A stretch of DNA of 64,000 bases from a bacterium (GCA_030425545.1 JAUIAC010000003.1:3857-67856); one strand, 5' to 3'. Shown: positions 7,732 through 18,098, counted from the first letter of the stretch. The notes: a model not told the origin generated them from the letters alone. Program-made: numbers and translations.

Positions 7732-9924
7732 TCAGACCCCGGCGACCTGCACTGGCACGCCCGAGAGCGCTGCGTTGCCCGAGAGCTGGTCGAGCAGGGC
7801 TGCGTCGGTCACGTCGTTGATGCTGACCCCTGGGCTGGCCGACGCGAGGGTCTGGCGGGTGTCGTCCGCGGTGTGGCCCCAGCCGTGCGGCAGCGACACG
7901 ACGCCGGGCATCATCTGATCGGTCAGGTGGACCGGGACCTCCACGGCGCCGACCCGGGAGCTCAGCCGCACGCGCTGCCCTGCGCTGAGCCCGCGTCGCT
8001 CGGCGTCGTCCGGGTGCATGTGCAGCACGCAGCGCGGGCGCCCCTTCATCAGCGTCGCGGCGTTGTGGAGCCAGCTGTTGTGGTCCTGCAGGGAGCGGCG
8101 ACCGATCAGCCGCAGCGGGTGCGCTCGCCCTGGATCGCCGACGGGCGGGTCGGGGTCGCGCCGGGAGCGCGCGCGGCCGTCTTCCCGCCGCAGCGCCGTG
8201 TCCAGCCGGTCGAAGTCCCGCAAGATCAGCGCCGGAGCCAGCTGCAGCACGCCGCCCTTGGCGCGAATGCCCTCCGGCAGCTGCGGCCGCAGCGGGCCCA
8301 GATCGACGCCGTGGGGCTCGCCCCGCAGCAGCGCCACGCTCAGCCCGTCGCCGCGCAGGAGCCGCCCGGACCACTTGCCGTAGGGGCCGCGCCGCAGCGC
8401 CATGTCGAGCTGCTGCGTCGGCGACATCGCCAGGGTGGCGCGCCGCTCGAGCTTGCCCAGGGTCGAGACCTTGCCGCCGGGGCCCAGTCGACGGGCGAGG
8501 GCGGCGAAGATCTCCGCGTCGGTGCGCGCGTTGTCATGTCCGGGGAAGAGGGCGTCGGCGAAGCGCGCCGTGTTGCGCACGGCCAGCCCGTGGAAGATGA
8601 GGTCGTAGTGGGGCACCTCGAGGCCGATCTTCGGAGGCAGGATCACGTGCGCGTGGCGCGTGGTCTCGTTGAGGTAGGGGTCCACGGAGACCATGAACTC
8701 GAGCTGGCCCAGGGCGGCGCCCAGACGCTTGCCGTTGGGGGTGCTCAGCACCGGGTTGCCGGCCGAGGTCACCAGGCCGCGGACCTGCCCCGGGCCCGGC
8801 GTGTCGATCTCCTCGGCCAGCGCGGCCACAGGCAGCTCACCGCCGAACTCCGGCAGGTCGCGGACTCGGCTGCGCCAGCGGTCGTGGCCTCCGCGGCTGG
8901 TCCGCGCGAGCACGTCCACCGCGGGCGAGGCGAACATCATGCCGCCGGGTCGGTCGAGGTTGCCGGTGACCAGGTTGAGCGCGGTCACGAGCCACATGCC
9001 AAGGGCGCCGAACTCAGCGGTGCACACCCCCATGCGACCGTAGACCACCGCCGAGTCGGCCGCTGTCACCGCGTCGGCCATGGCCTCGATGGCCGGCGCG
9101 TCGATGCCGACGGCCTGTGCGACCCGCGCCGCGGGGAAGCGCGCCACCGCCTCGGCCAGCGCGTCCAGCCCGGCCACGTGCTCGGCGAGGTGCCTGAGCC
9201 GCGGCCCACAGGTGGCGAAGACGCGATGGATCAGGGCCGCCAGCAGCATCGCGTCGGTGCCGGGGCGGATGAAGTGATGCGCGTCGGCCCGCGCCGCCGT
9301 CTCGCTCCGGCGGGGGTCGACCACCACCAGCTGCCCACCCCGCTCCCGCAGCTGGTTGAGCCGACGGCGCATGCCGGGCGCGCTCATGATCGAGCCGTTG
9401 CTGACGATGGGGTTGGCGCCGAGCACCAGCATGTGCTGCGTGCGGTCCACGTCGGGCACCGGCAGCATGAACTGGTGACCGAAGAGGTAGTAGCCGACGA
9501 AGTGGTGGGGCAGCTGGTCCACCGAGGTCGCGGAGTAGCGGTTGCGCGTGCGCAGGCTGCGCACCATGTGCGGGCTCATGAGCATCGTGCCCAGGTTGTG
9601 CACGCTGGGGTTGCCTTGATAGACCGCGACCGCGTCCTGCCCGTGGCGCGCCTGGACCGCCCGCAGCTCGCTGGTCACCAGGTCGAAGGCCTCGTCCCAA
9701 CCGATGTCCTGCCACCCCGAGTCGGTGCGCCGCAGCGGCGTGCGCAGGCGGTCGCCGTCCTCATGCAGGTCGCGCAGGGCGAAGGCCTTGGGGCAGATGT
9801 GGCCCTGGCTCAGCGGGTCGTCTTTGTCCCCGCGGATGTCGAGCACGCGCGTGTCGTCGTGGGTGATGACCAGGCCACACATGGCCTCGCACAGGTTGCA
9901 GCTGCGGTGGTGGGTCGCGCTCAT
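7732..9924 (-). CDS. Molybdopterin-dependent oxidoreductase (MopB superfamily; formate dehydrogenase/BisC-like catalytic subunit), cytoplasmic
   Basis: N-terminal 4Fe-4S motif C-N-L-C-E-A-M-C. Length of 730 aa. ATG at 9924 is preferred over the TTG at 9984. No Tat signal. Confidence 0.8.
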   Translation of the reverse strand: MSATHHRSCNLCEAMCGLVITHDDTRVLDIRGDKDDPLSQGHICPKAFALRDLHEDGDRLRTPLRRTDSGWQDIGWDEAFDLVTSELRAVQARHGQDAVAVYQGNPSVHNLGTMLMSPHMVRSLRTRNRYSATSVDQLPHHFVGYYLFGHQFMLPVPDVDRTQHMLVLGANPIVSNGSIMSAPGMRRRLNQLRERGGQLVVVDPRRSETAARADAHHFIRPGTDAMLLAALIHRVFATCGPRLRHLAEHVAGLDALAEAVARFPAARVAQAVGIDAPAIEAMADAVTAADSAVVYGRMGVCTAEFGALGMWLVTALNLVTGNLDRPGGMMFASPAVDVLARTSRGGHDRWRSRVRDLPEFGGELPVAALAEEIDTPGPGQVRGLVTSAGNPVLSTPNGKRLGAALGQLEFMVSVDPYLNETTRHAHVILPPKIGLEVPHYDLIFHGLAVRNTARFADALFPGHDNARTDAEIFAALARRLGPGGKVSTLGKLERRATLAMSPTQQLDMALRRGPYGKWSGRLLRGDGLSVALLRGEPHGVDLGPLRPQLPEGIRAKGGVLQLAPALILRDFDRLDTALRREDGRARSRRDPDPPVGDPGRAHPLRLIGRRSLQDHNSWLHNAATLMKGRPRCVLHMHPDDAERRGLSAGQRVRLSSRVGAVEVPVHLTDQMMPGVVSLPHGWGHTADDTRQTLASASPGVSINDVTDAALLDQLSGNAALSGVPVQVAGV

Positions 9925-10002
9925 GGCCCGCAGCGTGCCCGCGGACGGCTCGCCTGTCGACGCGTGGCCCGATCTCGCGGCCAACTGCGCTATGTTTGCG
10001 GC

Positions 10003-11016
10003 ATGAACGCTCGTCTGTCCTTGGTGTGGTGTCTGACGCTGTGGCTGTGCGCCGCGCTGGGCGCATGTGGCGCAGCCAAGGGCGAGGCGGCCGCGACGGC
10101 GGACGTTGAGGTCAGCGCTGGCGAGGGCGGGCTCCGAGGTGGCGACGCAGGTGACGGCAGCTCCGGAGACGGTGGCTCTGCAGACGGTGGCTCTGCAGAC
10201 GGGGGCTCGTGGCCCCTCACCGCGCCAGCCACCATCGGCGGCAAGCGGCCGGCCAAGGTGCTGGTCCCCAAGGGCTACAAGGCCGAGAAAGCGCGGCCGG
10301 TGGTCGTCTTGCTCGGCGGGTACGACTACTTCGCCAAGGACCTCGACGACTGGGTCGATCTCTCCGGTCGGGTCGACAGCGGCGACTTCGTGCTGGTGCT
10401 CCCGGACGGGCTGGTCGATCAGGACGGATCACCCTTCTGGAACGCCACGGACACGTGCTGCGACTGGTACGGCACTGGCGTGGACGACGTCGGCTACCTG
10501 CTCGGCCTGCTCGACGAGCTCCAGGCGAAGGTGCGCGTCGACCCCAAGCGCGTCGTGCTCTTCGGCCACTCCAACGGCGGGTTCATGGGCTATCGGCTGG
10601 CGTGCGACGCGCCGGAGCGCTTCAGCGCCGTGGTCAGCATCGCCGGCAGCGGCTTCGCCGACGCGTCCAAGTGCAATGCCAAGGCGGCCGTGAGCGTGCT
10701 GCAAGTCCACGGCGTGGACGACGACGTGATGCCCTTCGCGGGGGACGCCGACGCGCCGGGCGCGCTGACCATGATGACCCGCTGGGGCGCCCGCGGCGGC
10801 TGCGGCCAGTCCAGCTGGCAGCCCGCCGACGACAAGCTCGAGCTGGTCGACGACAAGCAGGCCAAGGAGACCACGGTCTATCGCTTTGCCAAGGGCTGCA
10901 ACTCGGGGGTGGACGTGCGGCTGTGGAAGATCTCCGGCAGCGACCACTACCCGGAGTTCCGGCCGGCGTTCACCGACCAGGCGCTGGCTTGGGCCCTGGC
11001 GCAGGCCCGGCCGTAG
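10003..11016 (+). CDS. Secreted alpha/beta-hydrolase esterase (PHB-depolymerase/feruloyl-esterase-like), lipoprotein
   Basis: ATG at 10003 followed by a lipobox (LCAALGACGA). The nucleophile elbow is GHSNGG. The segment LLGGYDYFAKD...CCDWYG is typical of esterase_phb. The 5' part of the 7873..11016 ORF is a shadow of the opposite-strand gene. Confidence 0.7.
   Translation: MNARLSLVWCLTLWLCAALGACGAAKGEAAATADVEVSAGEGGLRGGDAGDGSSGDGGSADGGSADGGSWPLTAPATIGGKRPAKVLVPKGYKAEKARPVVVLLGGYDYFAKDLDDWVDLSGRVDSGDFVLVLPDGLVDQDGSPFWNATDTCCDWYGTGVDDVGYLLGLLDELQAKVRVDPKRVVLFGHSNGGFMGYRLACDAPERFSAVVSIAGSGFADASKCNAKAAVSVLQVHGVDDDVMPFAGDADAPGALTMMTRWGARGGCGQSSWQPADDKLELVDDKQAKETTVYRFAKGCNSGVDVRLWKISGSDHYPEFRPAFTDQALAWALAQARP
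10167..10210 (+). repeat. Coding 15-bp tandem repeat (gacggtggctctgca, 3 copies) encoding GDGGSAD repeats in the esterase N-terminus
   Basis: Direct reading of ggagacggtggctctgcagacggtggctctgcagacgggggctcg. Confidence 0.6.
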
Positions 11017-11113
11017 GTGTCCTCGGCGCTCATCAAGCGTCGGTCAGAGCGACGCATCGCAGCGACGACGCGGCTGAGTGTGGGGTGACGGCGCGCCCCG
11101 CGCTCAACCCCCG

Positions 11114-11671
11114 TCAGCGCTGGGCCATGGCCCGCTCGAAGTCGGCGTAGCGGGGGGACACGAGCGTGCGGCGTCCCAGGGTGATCACTGGAAAGCGCAC
11201 GCTGCGGGCGCCAGGCTTGGCCTGCTGCACGAGCCGCCACATGGCCCGACGGCCCTGCGGGTCGTGGTTGATGTCGACCCAGGTGTAGCGGATGCCAGCG
11301 CGGGCCATGCGCGCCCGAAACCCCTTGCAGATGCCGCAGCGTCCGCTGCCGTAGACCACGATGGCCCGGTGCGCCCGCTCCGGCCGGGAGACCGCGGTGG
11401 GGCGCGGCACCGGCGTGGGGCGGGCCGGCGTCGTTGCCATCCGCCCGTCGGGCACGGGGCGCGACCGGCTGTGCCGCCACATCGGCGCGGGTCGCGGGGA
11501 GGGCAGGGGGGTCGCCACCGGCGGCGCGACGGTCGCGCTGCCGCCCGGCGCATGGTGCGGGCTGGTCTGCGTGGCGCCGCAACCGGCGAGGGTCGCGAGC
11601 ACGGCGGTTGCGACCCAGAGCGAGACGTGCTGGGGAGCGTGGCGTCGGGGGCGGTGGGCGGCGAGGGGCAT
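11114..11671 (-). CDS. Glutaredoxin-like (thioredoxin-fold) lipoprotein
   Basis: The lipobox is LATLAGCGA. The C-terminal glutaredoxin-type domain is IVVYGSGRCGICKGF...YTWVDINHD...FPVITLG. A GGAG Shine-Dalgarno sequence precedes the ATG. Confidence 0.55.
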   Translation of the reverse strand: MPLAAHRPRRHAPQHVSLWVATAVLATLAGCGATQTSPHHAPGGSATVAPPVATPLPSPRPAPMWRHSRSRPVPDGRMATTPARPTPVPRPTAVSRPERAHRAIVVYGSGRCGICKGFRARMARAGIRYTWVDINHDPQGRRAMWRLVQQAKPGARSVRFPVITLGRRTLVSPRYADFERAMAQR

Positions 11672-11834
11672 GGGAGGCTCCGGAGCTGCGCGGTGCGCGC
11701 AAGGGACGCGCGCGGGTCACGACGGGGGTTCTGCGCCTCGGCAGGTGGCGCGGCGGGCGCATGCGACTCTCGGCTGCGCTGTCCCCCCAACGCGGCAGGT
11801 CGCGCCAGGCTTCAACTCAACGCCCCGCGGTGGG

Positions 11835-12878
11835 TCAGCCGCCGACGACCTCGAGGATCGCGACCTCGAGCGGCACCACCAGCCCCTTGCCGCCGTCGGC
11901 CTTGGGGTAGCTCACGTTGAAGTTGCACTTGCCGGCCTTCTTGCCCTGGATCTCGACCCAGCCCCAGCCGGTCTCGACGTCGGCGCCGGTGCGCTTGGCC
12001 TTCAGCGCCTTGACCGTGCAGGTCTCCTCGGTGGTCGCCTCGGCCTCGAAGTCCGCGTTGGCCTGGCACACGGGCGCGCCCGCGATGGTCGGGCGGACGA
12101 GCGCATAGTGGTTCAAGCCGACAAAGGCCTGCGCCGCCGCCTTGCCGCCGTCGAGCAGCGCGCCGTCGATCTCGCTCTCCTCGTGGAGCTGCATCTTCAG
12201 CGTCGTGGCGTCGATGTCGGACTGCAGCGTGACCACGGTCGGCGTCTTGCCGGTGTCGAGCCACAGGTGCACCTGGGCCTTGTTCGTCGTGTTGTGCGTG
12301 GCGCCGGTGGCCGGGCTGATGCTCACCGGGTAGTAGCCGTAGCCGATGACCGACTCGCCGTTCTTGCGCTCGAGCTCGAAGGGCAGCAGCGCCTGGCTGT
12401 TGACCAGGTAGTGGCCGGTGGTCTCGCTCGTACAGTAGTGCCGCATCTTCAGCACCTCGGCCTTGGCCGCGCGCATGTTCACCGAGTCCGTGACCGTGGT
12501 GCCGTCGGCCTTCTTGGCGGTGACCTCCACCAGGGTGTTGCCCTCGCCCACGCCCTCGACGGTGAGGGTGTGGCCCGAAAACGCGGCGACCTTGAGCACC
12601 GCGGGCTTCTGCGTCGTGGCGTCGGTCAGGTCGACCGCCTCCTCCGCGCCTGCGGTGCGCACCGTCAGGTCGAGCTTCGCGCCGATGGCGATGGCCTTGT
12701 TGAAGTCGAGCAGGTCATCGTCGGCGGCGTATTGGAAGGTCAGGTTGCCCTCGTTGCCGGTGATCTTGGACACGCAGCCGGACGTGAGCAGCGCCGCGAC
12801 CGCGAGGGTGCAGAGCAGGAGGGCGCGGGTCAGCGCGAGGCGGCGCCGCGGCGGCAGGGGTGGGGTGCTTCGGGTCAT
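11835..12878 (-). CDS. Hypothetical lipoprotein
   Basis: Internal ATG at 12878 gives MTRSTPP...LLCTLAVAALLTSGCVS, a lipobox. There is no recognisable catalytic motif. Confidence 0.5.
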   Translation of the reverse strand: MTRSTPPLPPRRRLALTRALLLCTLAVAALLTSGCVSKITGNEGNLTFQYAADDDLLDFNKAIAIGAKLDLTVRTAGAEEAVDLTDATTQKPAVLKVAAFSGHTLTVEGVGEGNTLVEVTAKKADGTTVTDSVNMRAAKAEVLKMRHYCTSETTGHYLVNSQALLPFELERKNGESVIGYGYYPVSISPATGATHNTTNKAQVHLWLDTGKTPTVVTLQSDIDATTLKMQLHEESEIDGALLDGGKAAAQAFVGLNHYALVRPTIAGAPVCQANADFEAEATTEETCTVKALKAKRTGADVETGWGWVEIQGKKAGKCNFNVSYPKADGGKGLVVPLEVAILEVVGG

Positions 12879-13276
12879 GGGGGGTCTCCTTGCGGGGGCG
12901 CGCACGGCGCAGGTGTCGGCGCAGGTGTCGGCGCGCGTGTCGGCGCCGGGCGTCGGGTCAGGTGCGCGACAACGCTGGCGGCGCGCGACCTGTTCACCCA
13001 CGTTAGGACATTCTCCGACAAAGGCACATCGAGGGGGTTACTGCGGAGCAAGGGTGCTCCACCGGCCGCAGAGGCGGCGCCCTTGGGCGGGTCCTGGAGT
13101 CCCCGCTCGCGGGGCTGTCGCGGCGTGGACGCTTCCCCTTCGCCGGCTCGTTCGCTACGCATGAGGGTGTGCGCGGCGCGCACGCGGCGCGCTGCGCTCG
13201 CGACGCGCCGGCGGAGAGACACGCGACCCGGTCGAGCCATGGGCTGATCTCGGGCGCAGACAGACGAGAGGACGCC

Positions 13277-15136
13277 ATGGTGTGGGGCAATCGACCCGGA
13301 CAGCAGCAGGACCGGCCCGCGGCGGCCACAGCTGGCGACCAGAGCGCAGCGGGCCCGCAGGCGCCACAGCCGCCCTCGCCCGCAGGCGGTGGCGCGCTCT
13401 CCAACCCCGTGTTCTCTGGTGATCACGTCCTCGAGACCATCGCCAAGGGCGGCGCGCTGCTGCGGCCCGGCGCGCGCGGGCCGGCTGTGCGCGCGGTGCA
13501 GCAGTTCCTCATCAACGAGGGCCACGACCTGGGTCGCTGGGGAGCCGACGGCGCGTGGGGCAAGCAGACCACCCAGGCCGTCAAAGCGTGGCAAAGCGAG
13601 AACGGGCTCTCCGCGGACGGCGTCATCGGGCCCAACACCCTGAGCGCCATGGACGGAGCCGCGGCCGGGCCATCGCCGAACGCTGAACCCACGCCGAGCC
13701 CTGCACCCACCGCCACCACGCCGGCCGGTCCAGCGACGCCGACCACGCCCACCGCGCCGCCGGCCCCGACCGCCCCAGTGGTCGCCCCGGTCCAGGACGC
13801 CGAGCAAGACGCCGACGCCGACGCGGACGCCGACGCCAACGGCGGTGGCGACGAGGGATCCTTCGCAGACTTCGAGATTCCGGCGGCGGTCTCGAACCTC
13901 AACCTGCGGGAGCACGGGTCCAAGCTGAACCCGATCCTGGGCGGCGGCGCGATGCTGCCCGGGACGCAGAAGCGCAGCGAGGTCTTCGGTGTGCAGCGCG
14001 CCGTGAGCGCGCTCGGCCACGATCCCAACGGCATCGACGGGCAATATGGCGACGGCCTCAAGGGCGCGCTCGAGGAGCTGCAGCGCGAGGAGAACCTGCT
14101 CGAGCCCGGGCAGCAGGCGGGGCACCTCTACGCGCGCACGCTGGCCTACCTGGACCTCAACGCGCCGATGCACCCGCAGGTGCTGCGCAACACCCAGATC
14201 AACTACGACAAGCTCTACTCGGACAAGCTCGTGGAGTTCGGCCTCTTCGTCGGCTACGACGAGGGGCACGGCGGGCACTGGACCGCAGACGTGTCCTACG
14301 CCCGGCGCGAGCTGCAGGGCATGGGCTTCGAGCAGGACAACGCTGGCGCCGAGGCGGCCTACGCCGAGTCGGGGCGGCCCTACCCGGGGGCGCCCGGTGA
14401 GTACTGGGTCCACAACAGCTACGCCAACTACCTGGGCAAGAGCATCAAGGGCGTGTTCCGCCTGACCCACAGCGACATGGGGCCCGACGTGGCCGACGCC
14501 TACGCCGACAGCCTGCGCCACGGCGAGGTGACCATGTACTCCGGGCACGGCCGCTACGGCAGCGGCCCGGACTTCGACAAGAACTACACCATCAAGGTCA
14601 ACGGGCAGGTGAGCAGCTACGAGCACTGCAAGCACTTCGTGAAGGACCAGCTGGGCAACCCCGGCGCCAGCAACGCCGCGCTGCGCAAGAAGCTGCGAGA
14701 GCTCCACGCCGCCGGGATCATCGAGGTCACCGGCCACAACGCGGGCAACATGGTCATGAACGACCAGGACGTGCAGGGCTCGTTTGGCTCGGCGCTCATG
14801 TATCTCGCGGTGGAGAACGGGGCCGACGGCAGCAACAGCCGCGAGCGCTTCACGGCGGACTACAACGAGACCGCGACGGACAACTACAAGGTCTGGATGT
14901 TCGACGGCTGCAGCACCTCGAACTACACCAGCTCCATTCGCCGCGATGTCACCAAGGAGCAGGCGACCGTCATGGGCACGGGGACGTCGATCACCATGTG
15001 CACGTCCATGGAGCTCGTGCGCGGGATGATGACGCAGCAGAGCGGCCAGCAGATCGCCAAGGCCATGGACGCGAGCCACGAGAAGCAGCACCCCGGCGGC
15101 GCCAAGGGTGGCGGCAAGCACTTCGTCAACGGCTGA
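13277..15136 (+). CDS. Peptidoglycan-binding (two PG_binding_1-like repeats) protein with a C-terminal caspase-like (clan CD) domain
   Basis: GxxVxxxQxxL...GxxGxDGxxGxxT repeats sit at ~aa 60-115 and ~aa 230-265. The C-terminal domain carries an HG...C dyad signature (YSGHGRYGSG and MFDGCSTSNY) resembling metacaspase/clan-CD peptidases. Confidence 0.55.
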   Translation: MVWGNRPGQQQDRPAAATAGDQSAAGPQAPQPPSPAGGGALSNPVFSGDHVLETIAKGGALLRPGARGPAVRAVQQFLINEGHDLGRWGADGAWGKQTTQAVKAWQSENGLSADGVIGPNTLSAMDGAAAGPSPNAEPTPSPAPTATTPAGPATPTTPTAPPAPTAPVVAPVQDAEQDADADADADANGGGDEGSFADFEIPAAVSNLNLREHGSKLNPILGGGAMLPGTQKRSEVFGVQRAVSALGHDPNGIDGQYGDGLKGALEELQREENLLEPGQQAGHLYARTLAYLDLNAPMHPQVLRNTQINYDKLYSDKLVEFGLFVGYDEGHGGHWTADVSYARRELQGMGFEQDNAGAEAAYAESGRPYPGAPGEYWVHNSYANYLGKSIKGVFRLTHSDMGPDVADAYADSLRHGEVTMYSGHGRYGSGPDFDKNYTIKVNGQVSSYEHCKHFVKDQLGNPGASNAALRKKLRELHAAGIIEVTGHNAGNMVMNDQDVQGSFGSALMYLAVENGADGSNSRERFTADYNETATDNYKVWMFDGCSTSNYTSSIRRDVTKEQATVMGTGTSITMCTSMELVRGMMTQQSGQQIAKAMDASHEKQHPGGAKGGGKHFVNG

Positions 15137-15196
15137 GGGCGCGCGCGCGCCGGCCTGTCGGCCACGGTCCGTCGGGGCCGCACCTCGCCGGCGAGC

Positions 15197-17245
15197 TCAG
15201 CGCGGCGCCACCACCGCGGTGAGCAAGAGCAGCCGCGTTGGGCTGTCGACCCGCACCACCACAGGCAGCTTCGCCCACGGCGCGACCAGGTAGCGGCGCT
15301 GGCTGCCCTCGTCGCGCAGCACCCACGCCGCCACGTCACGCGGCGCGGGCTGCGTCTTGCCCGGCGCGACAAAGCCGAAGCGATGCAGGGCCGCGCCGTC
15401 CAGCCGGACGCCGAGCGCGGAGCCTCCTGGCTCCAACGCGGCGTGCCCGCCGGCGCCCAAGGCGTGGAGGTCGGCGGCGCCGATCTGAAACGCGCTGCCG
15501 GAGCGGACGAAGCGACGACCCGTCCCCGAGGGAGCGGCTGCCGGAGCGGGCGCTGGCTGCGTGCCGCCCTCGGGCGCGGCTGCAGCCTCCGCTGACCCGC
15601 TCGTCTCGGGCCGCGCGACCTGGCGCTTGCTGGCCCACGCCTGGAACGAGACCAGCGCGCGTGGCCCCCCTGCCGGGCACTTGCGCCGCACCCCACGACC
15701 GCCGTGGGGGGTCACGTCGACGTCGCTGCGCGGATCCAGGGCGCGCACCGTCACGCGCCACCGCGTCGCCGGTCGCGCCCCGACCAGCCCCCCCGTGCGC
15801 GGATCGCGCGACGCAAAGTGGACCTCGAGGTAGTGCAGGGTCAGCCCCGGCCGCAGCCAGGGGGGCGCCTGGGACAACCCGGGCCGCCGACGGCCCTTGG
15901 GGCGCTGCGCGGCTGTCGGGTCGGCCGTCGGGTCGGCCGCCGCGGGCGTCAGGGGCTGCGATGCGAGGGTCCACGGGGGCGTGCGGCCGAGCAGCCAGAT
16001 CACCTCCCGTCCAGCCGTGGCCACCGCCGACACGTGCGCCGGCGGCGCCGGGATCTGCCCGAGCGAGGCGCCGGTCGCGAGCGCGAGCAGGTGCACGCCC
16101 TCGGCGGTCCAGACGGCGGCGGTGTCGCCGCGGTGAACGACGCGCCGCACGCCGGCCAGCGGTCGACGCCAGCGGAGCGAGCGCGTGCCAGGGTCGACGC
16201 TGGCGAGGTAGGGGGCCGCGCGCTCGTCGCGCCCCCACGTGAGCAGGCCGCCGGTCGTCGCGATCCGCCAGGGGGTCAACGCGCCGTAGTCCAGCCACGC
16301 GGTCTCGCCCGTGGTGGCGGAGACGCAGCCGGTGACGCGGGGCAGCGCCTGGCCGCACAGCAGACGTCCGGCGCTCGCGGGCTTCGCCAGGAAGGCACGC
16401 CGCCACCGCGGCTTGGGCCGGCAGGCGCCGCCGCTGCAGCGGACGTCGGCCACCGCCACCGCGCTCAGGTGGCCCTCGTCGGCGCTGTGAAACCAGAGCC
16501 ACAGCCCGCCAGGCCCGCGATCCACGTCCACCAGGCTGCCGCGAGGTGGCACCCACGAGCTGTCGACCGTGCCGGTCCGCTCGTGGACCAGCAGCACGCG
16601 CCCTGGGCAGTGGACCACCACATAGGGGGCCACGTGGCGGAGCGCCAGCGCGCGCGACGGCAGGGGCACGCTCCGCTCCGTCGTGCCCGTGCGCACGCCG
16701 AGCGCCCGTAGCGTGGCGGTCGATTCCGGCGCGCTCGGAGCGCTCGCCTTCTCGTTCGCCGTCGCGCCCGCCTTCTCGCTCGCCTTCGCGCCCGCCGTCG
16801 CCACGCGACCGGGGATGCGGGCTGACGCCCTGGCAGCGGACGTGGCCCTGGTGGGCGCGACCCACACCCGTCGCGGCGTCACCGCGTGGGCCATGGCGTC
16901 GGGCCACCGCTGCCGCCAGGCGACGAAGCCACGGGGGTCGATGGCGACCACGGTGGTGTCGTCGTCGGCGCGGGTGACCACGACGCGGTGTTGGCTCGCC
17001 CAGCGCACGTCGGCCGCGCGGGTGACGCCGGCGCGGCCGAGCTGCAGGCGGCTGACGTGCACTGGGGCGGCGCAGCCGGCGCCGACGGCGAGCCCCAGGA
17101 CGGTGACGGCGAGCCAGGTTCGCGCGGGTGCCGCGACGCTGCGTCGGTCGCTGCGTCGGTCGCCGCGTCGACCTGCCGTCGTGGGTGGCGGCGCCCGCCC
17201 GGCCGCTGTGCGATGAGACCTTGGCCTGGCGGACTCAGGCACCAT
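15197..17245 (-). CDS. Hypothetical secreted protein (682 aa), possibly a beta-propeller-like fold
   Basis: Longest ORF in this region. Signal-like N-terminus (LAVTVLGLAVGAGCA). No motif assignable. Confidence 0.4.
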   Translation of the reverse strand: MVPESARPRSHRTAAGRAPPPTTAGRRGDRRSDRRSVAAPARTWLAVTVLGLAVGAGCAAPVHVSRLQLGRAGVTRAADVRWASQHRVVVTRADDDTTVVAIDPRGFVAWRQRWPDAMAHAVTPRRVWVAPTRATSAARASARIPGRVATAGAKASEKAGATANEKASAPSAPESTATLRALGVRTGTTERSVPLPSRALALRHVAPYVVVHCPGRVLLVHERTGTVDSSWVPPRGSLVDVDRGPGGLWLWFHSADEGHLSAVAVADVRCSGGACRPKPRWRRAFLAKPASAGRLLCGQALPRVTGCVSATTGETAWLDYGALTPWRIATTGGLLTWGRDERAAPYLASVDPGTRSLRWRRPLAGVRRVVHRGDTAAVWTAEGVHLLALATGASLGQIPAPPAHVSAVATAGREVIWLLGRTPPWTLASQPLTPAAADPTADPTAAQRPKGRRRPGLSQAPPWLRPGLTLHYLEVHFASRDPRTGGLVGARPATRWRVTVRALDPRSDVDVTPHGGRGVRRKCPAGGPRALVSFQAWASKRQVARPETSGSAEAAAAPEGGTQPAPAPAAAPSGTGRRFVRSGSAFQIGAADLHALGAGGHAALEPGGSALGVRLDGAALHRFGFVAPGKTQPAPRDVAAWVLRDEGSQRRYLVAPWAKLPVVVRVDSPTRLLLLTAVVAPR

Positions 17246-18098
17246 CGGCGGCAGCGAACTGGCTCAGGAGGGCCTCGTTGAGCGCGGTGGCCTGCTGCCG
17301 AATGACCCCGTGACCCGCGTCGTCGAAGCGCACCACCCGTGCGTGCGGCAGGAGCGCGGCGAGTCGGTCGCTCTCTTTCGGGCGAATCAACAGGTCGACG
17401 CCGGGCCGGACGATGAGCGTGGGGATGTCTCGGACCCGGCGTGAGCGCTTGAGCAGGGGGCCCGCACGGTGCCGGGCGATGGCGCCGAGCTGCAGGCGGC
17501 GGGTGCGCTTGGGGATCGGCTCGCCAAAGTCGTCCATGAGCACCTTCTCGAGCCACGGGCGGCCGATCTGCTCGATGAAGGGCTCGGGAAAGAGCAGCCG
17601 AGCGACGTGCTTGCCGCGGTCGTCAGGGCGGCCCGCGTTGGCCAAGGCGAAGCGCTTGAGACCCTCGACGGCGGGCACCATGGCGCGGAGCCCGCCGGCC
17701 TGCGTCGCGATGAGGCTCAGGCTGCGCACCCGGTCGGGGGCGTGCAGCGCGATGTGCTGCGCGATCATGCCGCCCATGGAGACGCCGACGATGTGGGCTC
17801 GCTCCCAGCTGAGGTGGTCCATGAGCGCGAGGGTGTCGGCGGCGAAGTCCGCCATGGTCCAGGTGCCTGCGGGCGCGCCGCTGGCCCCCAGCCCCCGGTT
17901 GTCGAAGACCGCGACCCGATGGTGGGCGGACAGGGCCGGCCACTGAAAGCGCCAAGCACGCCCGGGTACGCAGTAGCCCATGATCAGGAGCACGGGCGTC
18001 CCCGACGTCCCTGCGGCGTGGTAGCCGATGTGGTGGTCGTCGCCCAGGGGAGCGCGGGTCATGGGCAGCGGGCCCATGGGGACGTCAGACAGTCGCAT
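17235..18098 (-). CDS. Alpha/beta-fold hydrolase
   Basis: HGxP-type oxyanion region LLIMGY, nucleophile elbow GVSMGG, and a C-terminal ...DDAGHGV His region. The start ATG overlaps the upstream gene's TGA (ATGA). Confidence 0.7.
   Translation of the reverse strand: MRLSDVPMGPLPMTRAPLGDDHHIGYHAAGTSGTPVLLIMGYCVPGRAWRFQWPALSAHHRVAVFDNRGLGASGAPAGTWTMADFAADTLALMDHLSWERAHIVGVSMGGMIAQHIALHAPDRVRSLSLIATQAGGLRAMVPAVEGLKRFALANAGRPDDRGKHVARLLFPEPFIEQIGRPWLEKVLMDDFGEPIPKRTRRLQLGAIARHRAGPLLKRSRRVRDIPTLIVRPGVDLLIRPKESDRLAALLPHARVVRFDDAGHGVIRQQATALNEALLSQFAAADGA

Noticed and set aside
7732-9924. Possible selenocysteine (in-frame TGA) in the Mo-oxidoreductase, given the presence of selD
   Set aside because: The ORF is uninterrupted and the active-site region reads Cys. 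No SECIS-like hairpin was noticed.
7873-10002. 5' two-thirds of the 1047-aa plus-strand ORF 7873..11016
   Set aside because: It is antisense to the molybdopterin oxidoreductase (CxxCxxxC motif on the minus strand). The translation is Arg/Ala/Pro-rich with no motif. Only the 3' third, from the ATG at 10003 with its lipoprotein signal, is a real gene.
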